The position numbers were made by a program, and so were the translations under genes. A stretch of 63,878 nt of DNA, counting the filler, from Intoshia linei (Eukaryota > Animalia > Orthonectida): the NCBI GenBank assembly GCA_001642005.1. It is 6 parts of 6 records of this genome, joined end to end, with 100 filler letters (N's around TTAATTAATTAA, not from the genome) between each part and the next. Parts side by side here need not be neighbours in the genome. Positions count along the whole stretch, not along the records: positions 24,575 to 36,193 come from LWCA01001160.1; positions 36,294 to 54,808 come from LWCA01000782.1; 4 more parts are not named here. The stretch is one strand, 5' to 3'. The notes beneath the pieces are model-generated. The model was not told the origin of the DNA. It searched no databases and saw nothing but the letters and a program-made list of their open reading frames with translations. This document shows, piece after piece, positions 25,902 to 39,745 of this stretch (position 1 is the stretch's first letter; every line of letters begins with the position of its first letter).

Positions 25902-28900
25902 ATGCCACCCTTTGTGATTATATGACCCATACGACAAGTTTTGGAACAGAATTTTATGCAGCTCCAGAGCAATTGAATTCTAAATATTATGACATTAAGG
26001 TTTTTAAGCAGAAGAATTTAAACTATCGGTTATTTTACTTAACCATTACACTGTTTGTCTTGACTTATTTGACAACCACCGGTGATACTCAGTAAATATC
26101 TTGTAAAACTTTATTTTTTTAAGTTAATATTATTTTTGGTGAATTTTATTAACCAAACTTAATGAGGTTTTTAGTAATTTTTTTTAACAAATCTTTATAG
26201 GGTGTTTTAAGGATTTTATAACCAAATTTATTAATGATACCTAATAACCTAAATTGTCAAAACATTATAATGATTTAATTATATTATACTCTATTGACTG
26301 TTATGTACTTCGTACAAAACAGCATCCTAGATCTGGCGAGGGAGAATTTTTTTAATTCTATCAAAAAAATAAATTCAATAATTAAATCTTGCTTAAAAAA
26401 TTTTACACTCCTTATTATCACTCCTTTAAATGAGTGGTTCCTAAATTTTAATTTCCTTTGAATTTAATATAATAGTAATAAAAAGTGTATAATAAACTAG
26501 AAATAAATAAAATAACCTTTAAAGATGATACAAACATATCAGTTCTTCTAAAAGATTCATGTGGAGACCATTCATTTACGGGGTGTTGCAAAATATCCAA
26601 TATGTCCAGAGTTATCACGGTGAATCTGGATTCATGTGTGACAAATGCTGGCACTCATATTCTTTTAATTTCGCTAAATATGCTTCATTGAAATTTAAGA
26701 TTGTATTTTGATTTACAGTTTTAGAATCGCCTATAATTTTGTTGGACGATACATTATGTCGTTTTATAAATGAAGCTAGCCAGCCGTTCGATGCTTTAAA
26801 ATTTTGATTTATAAAAAACTTTGAAATTTGTAACGCTTTTTGTTGTAAAATTTATCCACTAACACTTATATTTCGTGTTCGTTGAATTTGAAACCACTCG
26901 TACAGAATATCATCTACTTGACTTCCTGACCTTAAATGAGGTTTACGTTTTTGATTGACGTTTACTATTGAGTCATTTAGTATAGAGTCCTTATGTTTTA
27001 AAATATTGTGTACGGTTCCTGCAGATATATCATGTTTGGCAGTTAAAAATTTATTGTCATCGTCTTTAAATTATTCTTTAATTTATTACGGTCTATTTAA
27101 TTTATTCTTTATTAGACTACAAGATATTTGCCTGTATTAAAACTTGTAGTGTCGAAACCCATTGATATTATGTTCTTATCGACGTCCCAAGATTTCAATT
27201 GTTTAACAACGCTACTTGAAATGATGTCACCCGTACCTCTGGTAAGTTTAGGTATGGCTAAGATTTTATCTACATTGAAACCGGATGTTACAATTGCTAG
27301 CCTTTAATTCTTTTTGTTGGATTATACAAATCTTTAATCAATTTATCGTCCCAATGAACTACCAACCTTCTATCTGTTTTAAAAATTTGCTTGATATCGT
27401 CGGCAATAAGCTCACGAAACTTCAGTCGTTCTCTTCGTATAGTACTGACTGAAAGTGAAACATCAGTTAAATTGTATCCCAAAGACATAGAGGTAGATGC
27501 AATTGTATGAATTGCTGATCTATCAGTTGTGAATGATCTGTCCAAGCCTGAAGCTATTTCTTTATTAATAATTTTCCTTTAAGGCTGAGATTCTGGAATA
27601 TATTCATTATTACTTTTATTTAATTTAGTTTAATTAAGTTTTCATAATTGGATATTTTTACTAAATCATTAAATATTGTATTGCTTTCTATTGTAGTTTT
27701 TGCATTTTTTACTATTATCCCGTCATTTTTGTATTCCAATACAGTCCGCATTATCAGTGTCCAGTTTTTTGGATAATATAAGACGACTTCTAACGACGTA
27801 ACCAACGAGTGAATATTTGTTGAGGTGGTATTCCAATTTCATGGAACAACTCTACTCGTTTTTTACATTTAACAATGCTAGCTTTAATGTATGAAATTAA
27901 TTGATTAGCTTGTACGAAGTGAACTTTTATATGTAATGCACAAATGTGCAAGACATGTGATGGTGAAAATATGTGGGTACATACCATGAAGTATAGAAAA
28001 CGCTTTAATATTATATAGAGCTCGATCTGATATTAAAAGTAGTAGTTTTTATTTTGGGATAAGAAAGTTTTCCATAACTGTTTCAACTGCATTCACAACC
28101 GTTACATTATTTTTAAACTTTTTAGACACGTTACATCATAATTAAAAAAATCAATTGATCCTGTACATTTTATTTTAGATTTAAAATAGCTTCTCTGTAT
28201 AACATCAACAAGTCTTCTGCTTTTTGTTTCTGAGGTCAGTGGAGGTCCTATGTTGTTAAACATATCGCGTAGGCATTGATAATGTAGCTTAAATATGTTT
28301 TATTTTCCAATAGTTCATATAATAATATATTGTTTATTTTCTTTAAAAAGGACAACACTGATTCAAATATTTCTACAAGTCTTTGAAGACAGTATACTCT
28401 TGACAGCCCCTATACACTTATGTGAAAGAGAAGCTATTCAAACTATTCATTATTGTCTTGGCATACATTTTTAAAAATCTAGCATTTAATGGATTCGATT
28501 TAATTTTGTTTATAACTCGTATACATAGATTTAAGGTTTTTTGGATACGAGGTGTTGACGGTGCAATACACAATAATAATATACAATAATAACGTTCGAA
28601 ATAACATCTATCAATGCTTGAAAACCTTTATACCCCCTTAACATGGATGTGGCTCCATAATAAGCAACATCAGTGATGTTGGTAAGTGGAATTCCATGTA
28701 TATATAAATAATTTTTGAAACATTCAAAAATAATTAGTCAATTGTTACATAATTTGCAGAAAGAAATTCATCTATAGCACATTTTTTGCTAATACTATGC
28801 TACCGTCATAACACGTGAGTATATTATTGCATCCAAAGGTTGATTCATCAAGTTGAATTGCAATTCTGATATTAAAGTTTTTTCAAGGTAGATGGCCATT

Positions 28901-30985
28901 GCATCAATATGACGTTGAATAATGATATTATATTTAATATATATATTGCTTAATGGAACGTTTTTCAAAAATTTATTTGAATCCTATTTCATAACGTTTT
29001 CAATAATTTATTTTATGGCTAGAAGAATAATTTCTTCACCGAGTGTATCAGGTTTTCCTTTTTTAGTAATTTTTTAACATCAATGATATTTTATAAGAAA
29101 TAAAACCATCATCATCTGATGTACAGTGAATGCACTGATATAAATACTATATTTTTTTAAACTAATGAGAATAATAACCTTTAAAATGAGAATAACAAAG
29201 TTCAAAATTATAAATAAAAAAAAATTAAACATTTATTAATTAAAATGTTATGTCTTCAAATTGTAATGCTGGTGCAATGTATCTGCTTATACCACATACC
29301 GCTTAGCACACATAGATATACTAATTTAATTCATAGATTCTCTCATTAACTGTTCTAGGGCACGTGCTCTTGATTCACTCATATATACATTTTCTTGTCT
29401 ATGTAATACCTCCTAAAAGCGAACGGCAAGTGATAGCTTTATCACACAGTCTCAATTGGGCTGAGCATAGGGCTGTATGGTCCAAGCCTTAAAAATAAAT
29501 TTTAGAGAAAATTCTGGTATTAGTAATATACTCTTCATATCGCTGTGCTCTGAATCGTTATCAATAACGACGACAACAGGGATATTGTATTTTTGCTTTC
29601 CTTTTTTTAAGCAATTTTTCATCCATTAACACTCATTAAAAGCATACTTTTAGAATTTATTTAATAGATTTAGTTGTGAATCACAGCCTGTGATTCAATA
29701 GCATTTTCTCAGATCGACTCAGTCCTATTCATTACATTATCCCATATAGTTGATTTTTTCCAAAATAAGAACTAGTTAAATCTGCATAATCTGAACAGTC
29801 GTGGATAGATTTTAAAAAAGTTAATAGTTTGCAATTTTGAACAAATTCAGATAAATCATCTATAAATCTTATATAAAAAAATGGATAATTATATGTAGAT
29901 ATGTATAATATAATTTTAACTTAATATTCATACTTTTTAATATTTATTAACACAGTATACATTAGGCCCTAATGAATTAGGGTGTCAATTTTAGTGTTTT
30001 TTTTGAAAATTTAAGTATTTATTTCCATATCCACTTGGAAATTTATTGCCAGTTCCCGTTGTGAATAATGTAGATTCTGATCGTAGAAACAAATATCTTT
30101 TTTTTCCTTTGATGTTCATTTTCTTGGACTGTTGAATCTAAATGTGATTTTATTTATTGTTACTTATAACTAGTTTAAAATGTAGCTCTTTACGCGTTTA
30201 GATACGGAGGTGTTACAGTTCATATTTAGTTTTTAAAATAATTTTTTTGTATACAGTATTAAATTTTTGACAAAATGCATCAATTTTTTTTTAACAATTT
30301 TGGTAGATCTGGTTAAATATACGCCCTACATAAAACAAAAATTAACTCAAGAATCATGGTCATGCTTTATATCTATAAATAAAATTTTACTTACAAAAAA
30401 ATATTTTTTATATTCTCACTGTTCTAGCTCTTTGGAAATAAAAACAAAACTATCATTAGAATCGTAAAAGTATGCATAATTCGTTTATGATATTCAGGAT
30501 TATTTTGTATTATACGTGTGTAATGTTAGATTATGATTATTTCTTAATGTATTTTTAGGCTGATATGTATTCCATCGGAATTATCTTTTTCGAATTATAT
30601 TGTCCATTTTCTACTCAATCGGAACGTTTCACAGTTATTAAAAATATGAAAGAATCAAAAAGTAGAAACAAAGTCGATTCATATATTGGTGCCGTTTGGA
30701 ATCAGCAAGTAATATTAAAATTTTCATTTTAATATTTGATTTTCTAGATTGATTTAATCAATTCGCTATTATCTGATGACCCAAACGATAGACCAAACTG
30801 TCAGAAAGTGCTTTCATATCCTCTATTCCTCAGTAAAGAACAGGTAATTTAAAAAATACCTTACATGTTTTCAATTGTATTTTGATATCGATATATAATG
30901 TAACTTTATTTAGAAAAGAATAAAAGAACTGGAAGAAAAGGTACAAGAACTTGAAAGAAAATTAGAAAAGTTTAATAAAAAGTAA
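25902..30985 (+). CDS. EIF2AK1: eIF2-alpha kinase, HRI-like: C-lobe and coiled-coil exons only
   Basis: Exons 25902-25999, 30559-30708, 30748-30843 and 30914-30985 give THTTSFGTEFYAAPEQLNSKYYDIK|ADMYSIGIIFFELYCPFSTQSER...DPNDRP...KRIKELEEKVQELERKL*. The THT..GT..YA.PEQL motif and C-terminal coiled coil are typical of HRI. Confidence 0.8.
26700..27135 (-). mobile_element. Tigger/pogo (CENP-B HTH) transposase remnant
   Basis: DDILYEWFQIQRTRNISVSG*ILQQKAL...FKASNGWLASFIKRH. Confidence 0.8.
27140..27600 (-). mobile_element. hATm-like transposase remnant
   Basis: LDRSFTTDRSA...LSVSTIRRER...LVVHWDDKLI...IPKLTRGTG...LKSWDV...MGFDTT. The subfamily name is from recall. Confidence 0.65.
27620..28120 (-). 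mobile_element. hAT-related (CGGBP1/DUF659-like) transposase remnant
   Basis: LLLISDRA...HICALH...LISYIKA..VK..KR...IPPQQIFTRW..LEVVLYY, frameshifted. Confidence 0.55.
28290..29070 (-). mobile_element. Highly decayed Charlie-type hAT remnant
   Basis: KPDTLGEEIIL..IIENVM...VPLSN..I.RHID.MA and GATSMLRGYKGF. Confidence 0.55.
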
Positions 30986-31129
30986 TATCAACATTCCATC
31001 AAATGAAACCAAAGAAAACGATATCAATTTGTATTCGTATATTGTAAAAATGTGAATAAATGTTACTAGTCAAAGTAATGTACTCTACAATCAAAAATTA
31101 ACAAACATTTATTCAATCAATATTAAAAT

Positions 31130-32889
31130 TTATAGTGATTCGTAATCAGCATCTTGTTTTTTTTTGCATGCCATATACAAAATTATTGTCACAATAATGA
31201 AAGCTAAAACAATGGAAGCAACTACGATTGGTATAATATATTTGGATTTAATATCCTCTGAACACATTTCACCTATAAATAAAATTAGCCAAAAATATAA
31301 AAAGACAAACGTGCTCCTTCCCAATCATCAATTCCTTTGCTATTTAAATAAAATCTAACATTACTGATTTCAATAATATGCTTTTTATATTCTTTTGTAG
31401 TTGATTGTATGTCTCTAGTTTTAAAAGAAGTGCACTGGTAAATGGCAAATTCATTTGTCTCGTCATAGAATAAGCTCTTGTCCAAAGTATAAGTGTTTTT
31501 TCCGTCGTTAAACACTGCACTGGCCAAATGATTCTTGTGTTTTTTGAATTCAAATGTCAATTTAACAAAGAAATCTCCATTGGTAAATAGTAAGACGGGA
31601 TAAGAAAGATCGGGTCTACCAAACGTAAAATTCTTAGTCTATATAAATGTTAATGTCAGCTTAACAAAATAAGATAAAATTTACCTTTTCGCCTTCACTA
31701 ATTACTTTGATATTGGCTGCCAGAACTGAATGTATAGAATGGTCTTTTTTATATAACCATGGATCTAAAAATATAAATTTTAGAGAAAAATTGCAGTATA
31801 CTCTCATAAGATCCAACTTGGTCCAGTTTGCACATTCGATCTAAAATATAAATTTAAATTGCGGTCAAAAAATAAAACTTTTAGATTTGTTCCAATTTGC
31901 AACTCCTTTGTTATTCAACAAAATTTTCACATTTGTGAATTGTATACTTCTAATTACATTTTCAACCATGTAGCTGGCCTTCACCGTATTACAAGAATAT
32001 GATTCGTTTAAATACATTTCAAAGTTATTGAGTGTAAGTAAGTTTGAGTTATAATAGGCAGACGACAAATAATACTCATTTCCCTCATTTTCAAAATTAA
32101 AGCTATATTCTATTTTTCCCTTCTTTAATGTAATTGATCGTCGGCATACTCCAGAGATTTTTGTTTGTAGAACATTCTAAAATGTGAAATTAGTGTACTT
32201 TAGATATAAAAAGTTAATAACAGTTACAAAGGTATTGATAAAATCACATGATGTTAGAATTCACTGAATACCATTTTTGAAATGTATAATAAGCGGTATT
32301 TTAACGAAAACTGGAGATAATATAACTACAGGTAACAGGGCCGTGAATAGCCACAAATATTTTTAAAATCGACATAAAAAGGCATAATAAACACATATTC
32401 ACCCTTGATTAACTCGTATCTATTACATTGCTGAATGGCTCAAAGCAGTAGATATTTGAAATAGAAAATCACACTAATTGATAGTTTCATAAATATACTA
32501 ATAACCCCAATATTAACATTATTAGAGAAATTGCCATTTGTTACACATTACGAAGAATAATCACGAGTCATTTTGTTAATGATACATCTAATCAAACTAA
32601 TAGAGGGTTACATGTAATGTAATAAATGAAATTAATAACCATGGCATCGATAGATATTGCTACGGTCATACATGGTTTGTTGTCATCCATCACAACCCAT
32701 GGATCTAAATACAAAAAGAATGAAATAACAAAACAACACAGCATACTATCAATTGACCCAATCGGCTTATCCTTAGATTCGACGTTAATATCGATACCTA
32801 AAACAGTTTTTAAATAATAATATATTAATTTTACTTGATATAGATACAATCAAAAATGTAAAAAATATTCCGGTTTTAAGCATTTTCAT
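31130..32889 (-). CDS. LAMP-like lysosomal type I membrane glycoprotein with two luminal domains (~352 aa)
   Basis: Eight exons in frame: 32889-32835, 32797-32747, 32704-32640, 32176-31879, 31840-31802, 31764-31685, 31638-31311 and 31272-31130. They encode a signal peptide, SYSCN/IYQC motifs, C.ED before the TM (IIPIVVASIVLAFIIVTIILY) and a tail KKKQDADYESL* (YxxL). Confidence 0.82.
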
Positions 32890-33959
32890 AAGATTTGTAG
32901 AATTAATGAATCAACCAAGTAAACACCACCTGATCAAATAATGAATAAATTATACAAATGGCAATCTGCAAAACGAATTGTTTATTTTCCAATGTTGTTA
33001 TAGCAAATAACCATCCATCCTTAACAATTGTGCTGTGTTAACGATGATTATTATTGCGAATTTTTTATCTGCCTAATGTATGAATATTGTGAACTCAAAT
33101 TCCATTTTTGTGTTACACATTTCATTCATACACCCAATAGATACTCAATTTGTTAATGTGTGTTAGTTATACATTTTTCTTCTTAATGAGTATTTTTACT
33201 CTGTGATATGCTAAGGCTCAAATAATACAAGACAAAGGAAGCAGGCATATGATGATTAAAGTAATAGTACTAGCCGGTTAAATTGCCGTCTTTAATATAA
33301 TTACAGATTTATCATTTATTTACGCAGCTGTATCTAAATAGATTTAGTTAAGATTCTAGACTGTTTTTATTTGTATCCAAATGATCTTATATTTGAATTA
33401 TTCAATTATGTAAAATTGACATTAATGTTTATCAGTACATTTATTCAGTATTTTATTTGTGCGATTTTGCATGTTTTAGTTTATTTATTTAAGTTAATTA
33501 AAAATTAAATTATTTGGCAAAAATTTCATGTGTTCTAGTTATTTTGAGAAGTACAAACCTTACCATTTTGTTTTGAAATATACATTTGGTTTCAAAGAAT
33601 TGTAATATAAAAATGATTGATGTTAAAAATGTGTCCATACTTTTGGCCTTTTTTCTTGTTTTATATAAAAAAATTGGATTGCCTACTAAAAATTTTCCTA
33701 AATGTAAATTAGAATGAATACAGTATGATGATTAATTAAAAAAACAATTGTTCTTAGCTATTTCGAATATCATGTTCTATTTGAGACTCATTGAGACGTC
33801 TCATCTTCATTATTTTGGACTGTTAGCTACTGAATGTAGTTTTCCTTTTTACCATTTTATGTTAAATTTGTAACAATTATCAATAAAAAAAATAATACGT
33901 TTCAGTTAGTATAAATTTAATTTTATATTTTATATTACGTTGCCGTTGTGTCATAAATT

Positions 33960-34565
33960 AATTAAAGTTTACAAAATTTTTTGAAAATGAAAATTTGAAA
34001 TTTAAAAATTGCGTAGCAATGAAAAAAATTCCAAAAGAATGAATTATGTAGATTTTCACACATGTCTTTATTGGAAATGTGTAGACGTACAATCCACATT
34101 TTTTTTGAAATTGTAGAATATTTACATTTCAATTTTTGATTTTAATCGAAATATTCGAAAAATATTGGTTGATAATATATTAAAAATTATTTTTCACCAG
34201 GTATGCGTAGATTTCTTGGGGTTAAAATTTTGTATTTATATTAACTGGAATAAGCTCTATCAGAATATATTATTTTTTAATTTTCGGACCGTTAATTATT
34301 TGACATTTTTTGTTTTAATAAAATATTCGGAAAAAAATATATGAATACTAACAATAATTTTTTTACCGTAAAGTCAGCACTTATTCGGATTGAAATTTTG
34401 TGTGTGTGTTAATAGTATACAACTGTACCACCTGTAAATTTTTTGAAATTCTAGGGCTGTTTTCTTTAAAAAAAGAAGAGTAATTTGTGGTTTTGGCCTT
34501 GAAGATATAATTTTTTTAAATTTAAATTTATGTTAATTTTTATGATTTTAAAATCCGTAGCAGCA
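33960..34565 (-). repeat. Helitron-like family copy
   Basis: Collinear with 1210-1820. Confidence 0.8.
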
Positions 34566-35159
34566 ACTCTTATCGAAAGTCGTCAATGAGTCAAAGTTGT
34601 CAGAAAATAAAACTAAACTATTCTTTTAAAATTGTTCGTTTTGACAATTTTTAAAATACTACACATTAGGTAAAAATGTAAATTATAATTTATATTGGGT
34701 TAATGGCATAAATTATAAATATAATTTGTATGATTTTTTATAAATCTTGTTTCTTTTTTTATTATTTTATTTGTCTGAATTTAATAGATGTTTAATTTTA
34801 ATTAATTTTATTTTTTGTTAAAATTCTATCATTATTTTATAGAAAAATTCTATGGTTAAAAAAATATTTGAGTAACTCAAATTTAGTTATCAATTAATTA
34901 GCTAAATGGTTGATGCTTAATTAAATTTATTAAAATTGACATACTTGCATGTATAATAAGATATAGAATCTAGATGTTGGCAATTCATCTCAAAGCCAAT
35001 TTAATAAAAAATACCATTTTAAGCACTCAGGGAAAAATTGACTTTTACATATATTATTTTGAAAAATCCGATTTTCCCAAACCTTATAAAAAAATTCACT
35101 CTATCAAAACAAAATAAAAAATCCAATTTTCCAAATAGAATAAATACATATACTTAAAT

Positions 35160-36193
35160 AAATACTTTATTATAGTTTAGTGACTGACGCAAAGACGCCC
35201 ACTACAGAGAAGAAAACTTTCGGATATATATCACACGGTAAATATATTCTTTAATTTTTGTTTGGATAGTTTTAATTTTGTTACGGTTGATAAATTTATA
35301 AGTCAGGCAAAGATCCAGCATATCCCTACGGCTTTTAAGGGTTAGTAGAGGTGAAGGTAAGGGTAATAGACGACGTAGGTAGAACCGTTGAGCTGATTCC
35401 AGTTTGTTTATATTGATTATTGATGTAGGATTCCATAATTGGGTGGCATATTCTAGCTTAAGCAACACAAAAGTTGTATAAAATGTATTTAAATACAGAG
35501 GATCTCGCAGTGAAAACGTTTTTGTGAGTCTATGTATTTTCCGTTTGGCGTTCATTTTTATTTTATGTATGTGTTTGTTGAAGTTAGCATCATTGGTGAA
35601 TATGACCCCTAGATCCCTGACACTTTCTTTGTTTTGTAGGATGGTTCCATTAATAGAAAGATGGGGTTGAAATGTGTTTTTATTATGAGATACATACATA
35701 TAATCACATTTCTGTTTATTCAGGGAAAGTTTCCACGACACGCTCCAATTGTAAATTGAGGTGATGTCTTCCTGCAGAAGTGGTTATCCGTTTCGTTGTT
35801 GACAGGTAAGTATATTTTCAAATCGTCGGCATATTGTTTAAATTTTAAGTGTTTAATGTGTCGCGGTAAGTCATTGATAAACAAGTTAAATAGGATGCCT
35901 GACAGTACACCTCCTTGTGGAACTCCACTTAAAACAGAGGTTGTTGCTGATAACGTGTTTTGTATAGAAACACACTGTGACCTATCTGTTAAGAATGATT
36001 GGAGGAGTTTTAAAGTTTCGCCGGAGATGCCATGATGTTGCATTATGTGAAACAGTAAAGTGTGATCTACTTTGTCAAATGCTTTTTTAAAGTCAAAATA
36101 GACTATGCAGACATTGTCGGAACTATCGTATAGTGTCAGCCACTCATGGTACGCGGTAACGAGGTTGGTCGTTGTAGATAGATTTTTGGAATA
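35160..36193 (-). mobile_element. Non-LTR retrotransposon (CR1/L2-type) reverse transcriptase 3' part, frameshifted
   Basis: YFDFKKAFDKVDH, SGVPQGGVLSG.LFNLFINDL, YADDLKI, VRDLGVIF, LEYATQLWNP, LESAQR. There is a frameshift near 35740, and the element is truncated by a gap. Confidence 0.92.
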
Positions 36194-37379
36194 NNNNNNN
36201 NNNNNNNNNNNNNNNNNNNNNNNNNNNNNNNNNNNNNTTAATTAATTAANNNNNNNNNNNNNNNNNNNNNNNNNNNNNNNNNNNNNNNNNNNNAAAAAAT
36301 AGCTTCATGTCTTCAGAATGCAACTTATTGAGTGGTATATTCAATCGAGTCAACAATTTTACTATTCTTTCAGGAAAACATATAATCCTAGAATAAGAGT
36401 TACATGCATCAGTGCTACAATTTCTACTTATCAATCTATGATTTAATGTATTATTGATATAAAAAAAATTTTTTTTGCATTTAATAATTTTACTACATAT
36501 ATTGCATTATAATTTGCTTTTTATCATAGTAAATTCGGATGGATATTCAGTACAGAAAGATTTTAATTTTAAATGGAGTAATAATAAAATTAAGTAAAAT
36601 AAACTTAAATCACAAAAAGTGACTTAGTTATAGTACTCACAATTTTTATTATGTAAAAAATAAATTGGTTAGTGCAAATTTTGCATAAATGCATAAGTGC
36701 TTAAATGCAATTTAAATGCGTGCATTTCTAGCATTTAAAATGAAAAAAATAGCACTATCAACGCAACTTATTGACTTAAAAACTACTTTCTAGCATTTAT
36801 AATTTCGTGCAAAATTACAGGCTCACAATTGTATAAAGTCAATAAAATTAGCATTATCATCGAATTTTTAGTGCTATAAAATGTCGACTCTAGTTATCAC
36901 ATTGAAAATGACAAAATGTGTTTTTATAAATTCATTTTTTCTGGAATTTATGCTATTTATGACAATTTTTAGGATTGGACTGTTTTTACTTTATTTTTAA
37001 TATTATACACACATTTTGTCTAATAAATTAAAAAAATGGGATAACAATTGTTTTTAAAATTCTTTACGCAAATGTTAACAAAACAAAATTAAGATGGAAT
37101 AATTCACTTTAAAGTAAAAAGTAATGTGATATGACGGTACCACCTTAAACAAATTTGGGAACCACTCCTTTAAAGGATTGATAATAGTTAATAGTAGGAT
37201 TTTTAATTTAGATTTTCAACGTGAATTTATTTTTTTGGTATAATAAAAGAGTGCCCTCGGCAGAGCTAGGTGCTGTTTGTACGTAGTGCAAAACTGCCAA
37301 GCTAGTGAATATATAATAGCCTCTAGAAAGTAAAATACTCCACAATGTAATGATTTTATTAGTAATTTATCTCAACTAT

Positions 37380-39139
37380 TTTATAGTCATAAAAGTGATA
37401 AATTAAAAGCACTAAACGAAGATTTAATGTTTCTGGAAAACTAAAAAAAGGGTATTGGATGTATTACTGGTCTATCCACAAATGATTTACACAAATGGCT
37501 GGCTGGTATACACCTAAAAGATTTAAGAATATAAAAATTATAAATGGAAAGAGAAAGTGGAGTATACGATAATATACACTTTGAATATGATTCAAGTACA
37601 AATATTTATAAAGGTAAGCTGAAACATAAAGATATTAAAACTTTGTCATCAAACCTATGTACAAAATTCAAATTGTCCCATAGAATCTGTCATGGAATAT
37701 TAGATGATATATTTGGATATTGTGGAATGTCAACGTCCCCAATATGGAGAAACAAACGCACCAGTTTGGGTGAAATTTTAATCAATTAAAAAATTATATA
37801 TACCAAAAAATTAAGTCTTCATTTTGACGGTCGTAGATGTAAAGATTGTCCAATAATATTGTTGAGGCACTGGTAGTATGTGTTCAATATAAAGAAAACC
37901 CGGGTGTTGCGATTGATGTTTATCATCTAAAAAATGGAACTTCAGAAACGCTTTTCTGTGCAATAAAGGAAACTATCAAGACGTATGGAATAATTGATGA
38001 CATAGTAATGATGATCTGTGATACACGTAATAAGAATACGGGCAAAAAAATGAAGTTGTAAAAATGCTCAATGATAACGTTTTTAATACAATAGTGGAGT
38101 ATTATGGGTGCCAACAATATATATTGAATAGACTCCTTAGAATACACATGGATGGAATATTTTACCCTTTTTACAATAAATCCAAACATTAACTACTCAT
38201 TTGTATCATGGTTAATGTCAAATTATGACAACCTTAGTCAACAATACATATGAAAAATTGATGTACCACAAAGCACTATTTGGGGTAGAGTATTTTTGGG
38301 ATTATGCTGAATTAAAAAAATTAGTTATTTTCTATAAAACGTTAAACGTTTCTGGAAATAAACCAAAAATAAAATTTAATAATTTTCCAAATCTCAAGTG
38401 CTTGATGAAACATACGTGCTAATTTAACTTTGAAAGTGTATATTCTTGGTTGTACGGATAACGATTTAGAAATGTATTGTTATTTTATGGTGGATTCATG
38501 GTTTGAAGCATGGAAACAGCGTATCTATAAATTACCAATCAAAATGCTACGAAAAATTAGTTACTACGCTTCATGGAAATTCAAAATGCATTGGGTTCTT
38601 AAATAAACATAAATATAGTTCTAAACCAAAACTAAATGTTCGATTAATAAATGAAATTTTTGATATAACATCATCGAGACTAAATATTATCAAAGAAAGC
38701 TTCAGAAATTTGATGAATTTGAGGAAAGAATTAATCATGGATGCCATTCAAATTTATTATATATCACTATCAAATCTAACAAATAATACTAACAAATCAC
38801 TTATTATATAATTAAAAATTCCAAAAACGTCTGAATACTTTACTAGAAAATATGTAAACCCCTTTCTTTTGAGTTTTGTAAAAATTGTTATTTTTTACAC
38901 AATAATTTACAATTTTTAAATATAAATTTTATGAAAATATGATAAATTAACCAATCATATTTGTTAATAAAGTAATTATTAATATTTTTTTATTAAGAAT
39001 TTCTTTTTCTTTGAGCAAATCATCCAGAAATTTTTGTGTGAAAATTGAACTCACATAGTAGTTTAAATATGAATACTCTAATAATTTTTCCGACTTTAAC
39101 AAGAAACTCGCAAAATTTCTACTTTTTGAAATACCCTAG
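37380..39139 (+). mobile_element. Decayed hATm-like DNA transposon
   Basis: Broken ORFs contain LSLHFDGRR, MICDTRNKNTG and YYGCQQYIL. The end ...TTTGAAATACCCTA is TIR-like (compare TAGGGTGTC at 29979). Confidence 0.55.
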
Positions 39140-39336
39140 TGAAAACTCTTTATAAACAAACAATTTTGAAAATTTAACGACTAGTTTGTTTTTTGGAGTA
39201 TCAAAAAAGCGTGATAAGTGTCATAAAAATGCTATAAAACGTAAACTTTGACATGTGAAAATGTAATAAACAAATTATATATACGATTGATATATTTTTA
39301 AAAGCATGATAATTTGTTTATAAAGAGGTTTCACTG
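39138..39336. mobile_element. Tc1/pogo-type MITE
   Basis: AGTGAAAACTCTTTATAAACAAA ... TTTGTTTATAAAGAGGTTTCACTG, followed by TA. Confidence 0.7.
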
Positions 39337-39745
39337 TACAGTGTACAATGTAATGTAATTAATTTATTAATTAAAACATATTAAGGCTTTAAAAATAATG
39401 CTTAGATTGTATATTTTTAAAATTCATTTTGCTCCCTACATACAGACTAAAATAAGGCTCACTGTTTTAGAACAATTTTATATCTAATAGAAAACGAAGA
39501 GTATTGTATTTTAATAGTGACACTTTCAATAATGTATCGAAATTATTTTATGAAATATTTTGGCTTTTATTTTTTAAAATTTAAGTTTTCATTAAGTGAA
39601 AAGTTTAATAAAATTAGTGTAAACATTTCTAAAAATAAAGTCTCGTAAGGGTTAAATTAAAAATTTAAAATAATTGGACTGTTTTTAAAATCATACTCAT
39701 TATTTTTATGCTAATAAAAAACATCGACTCTTTTTCGTCAGAACA

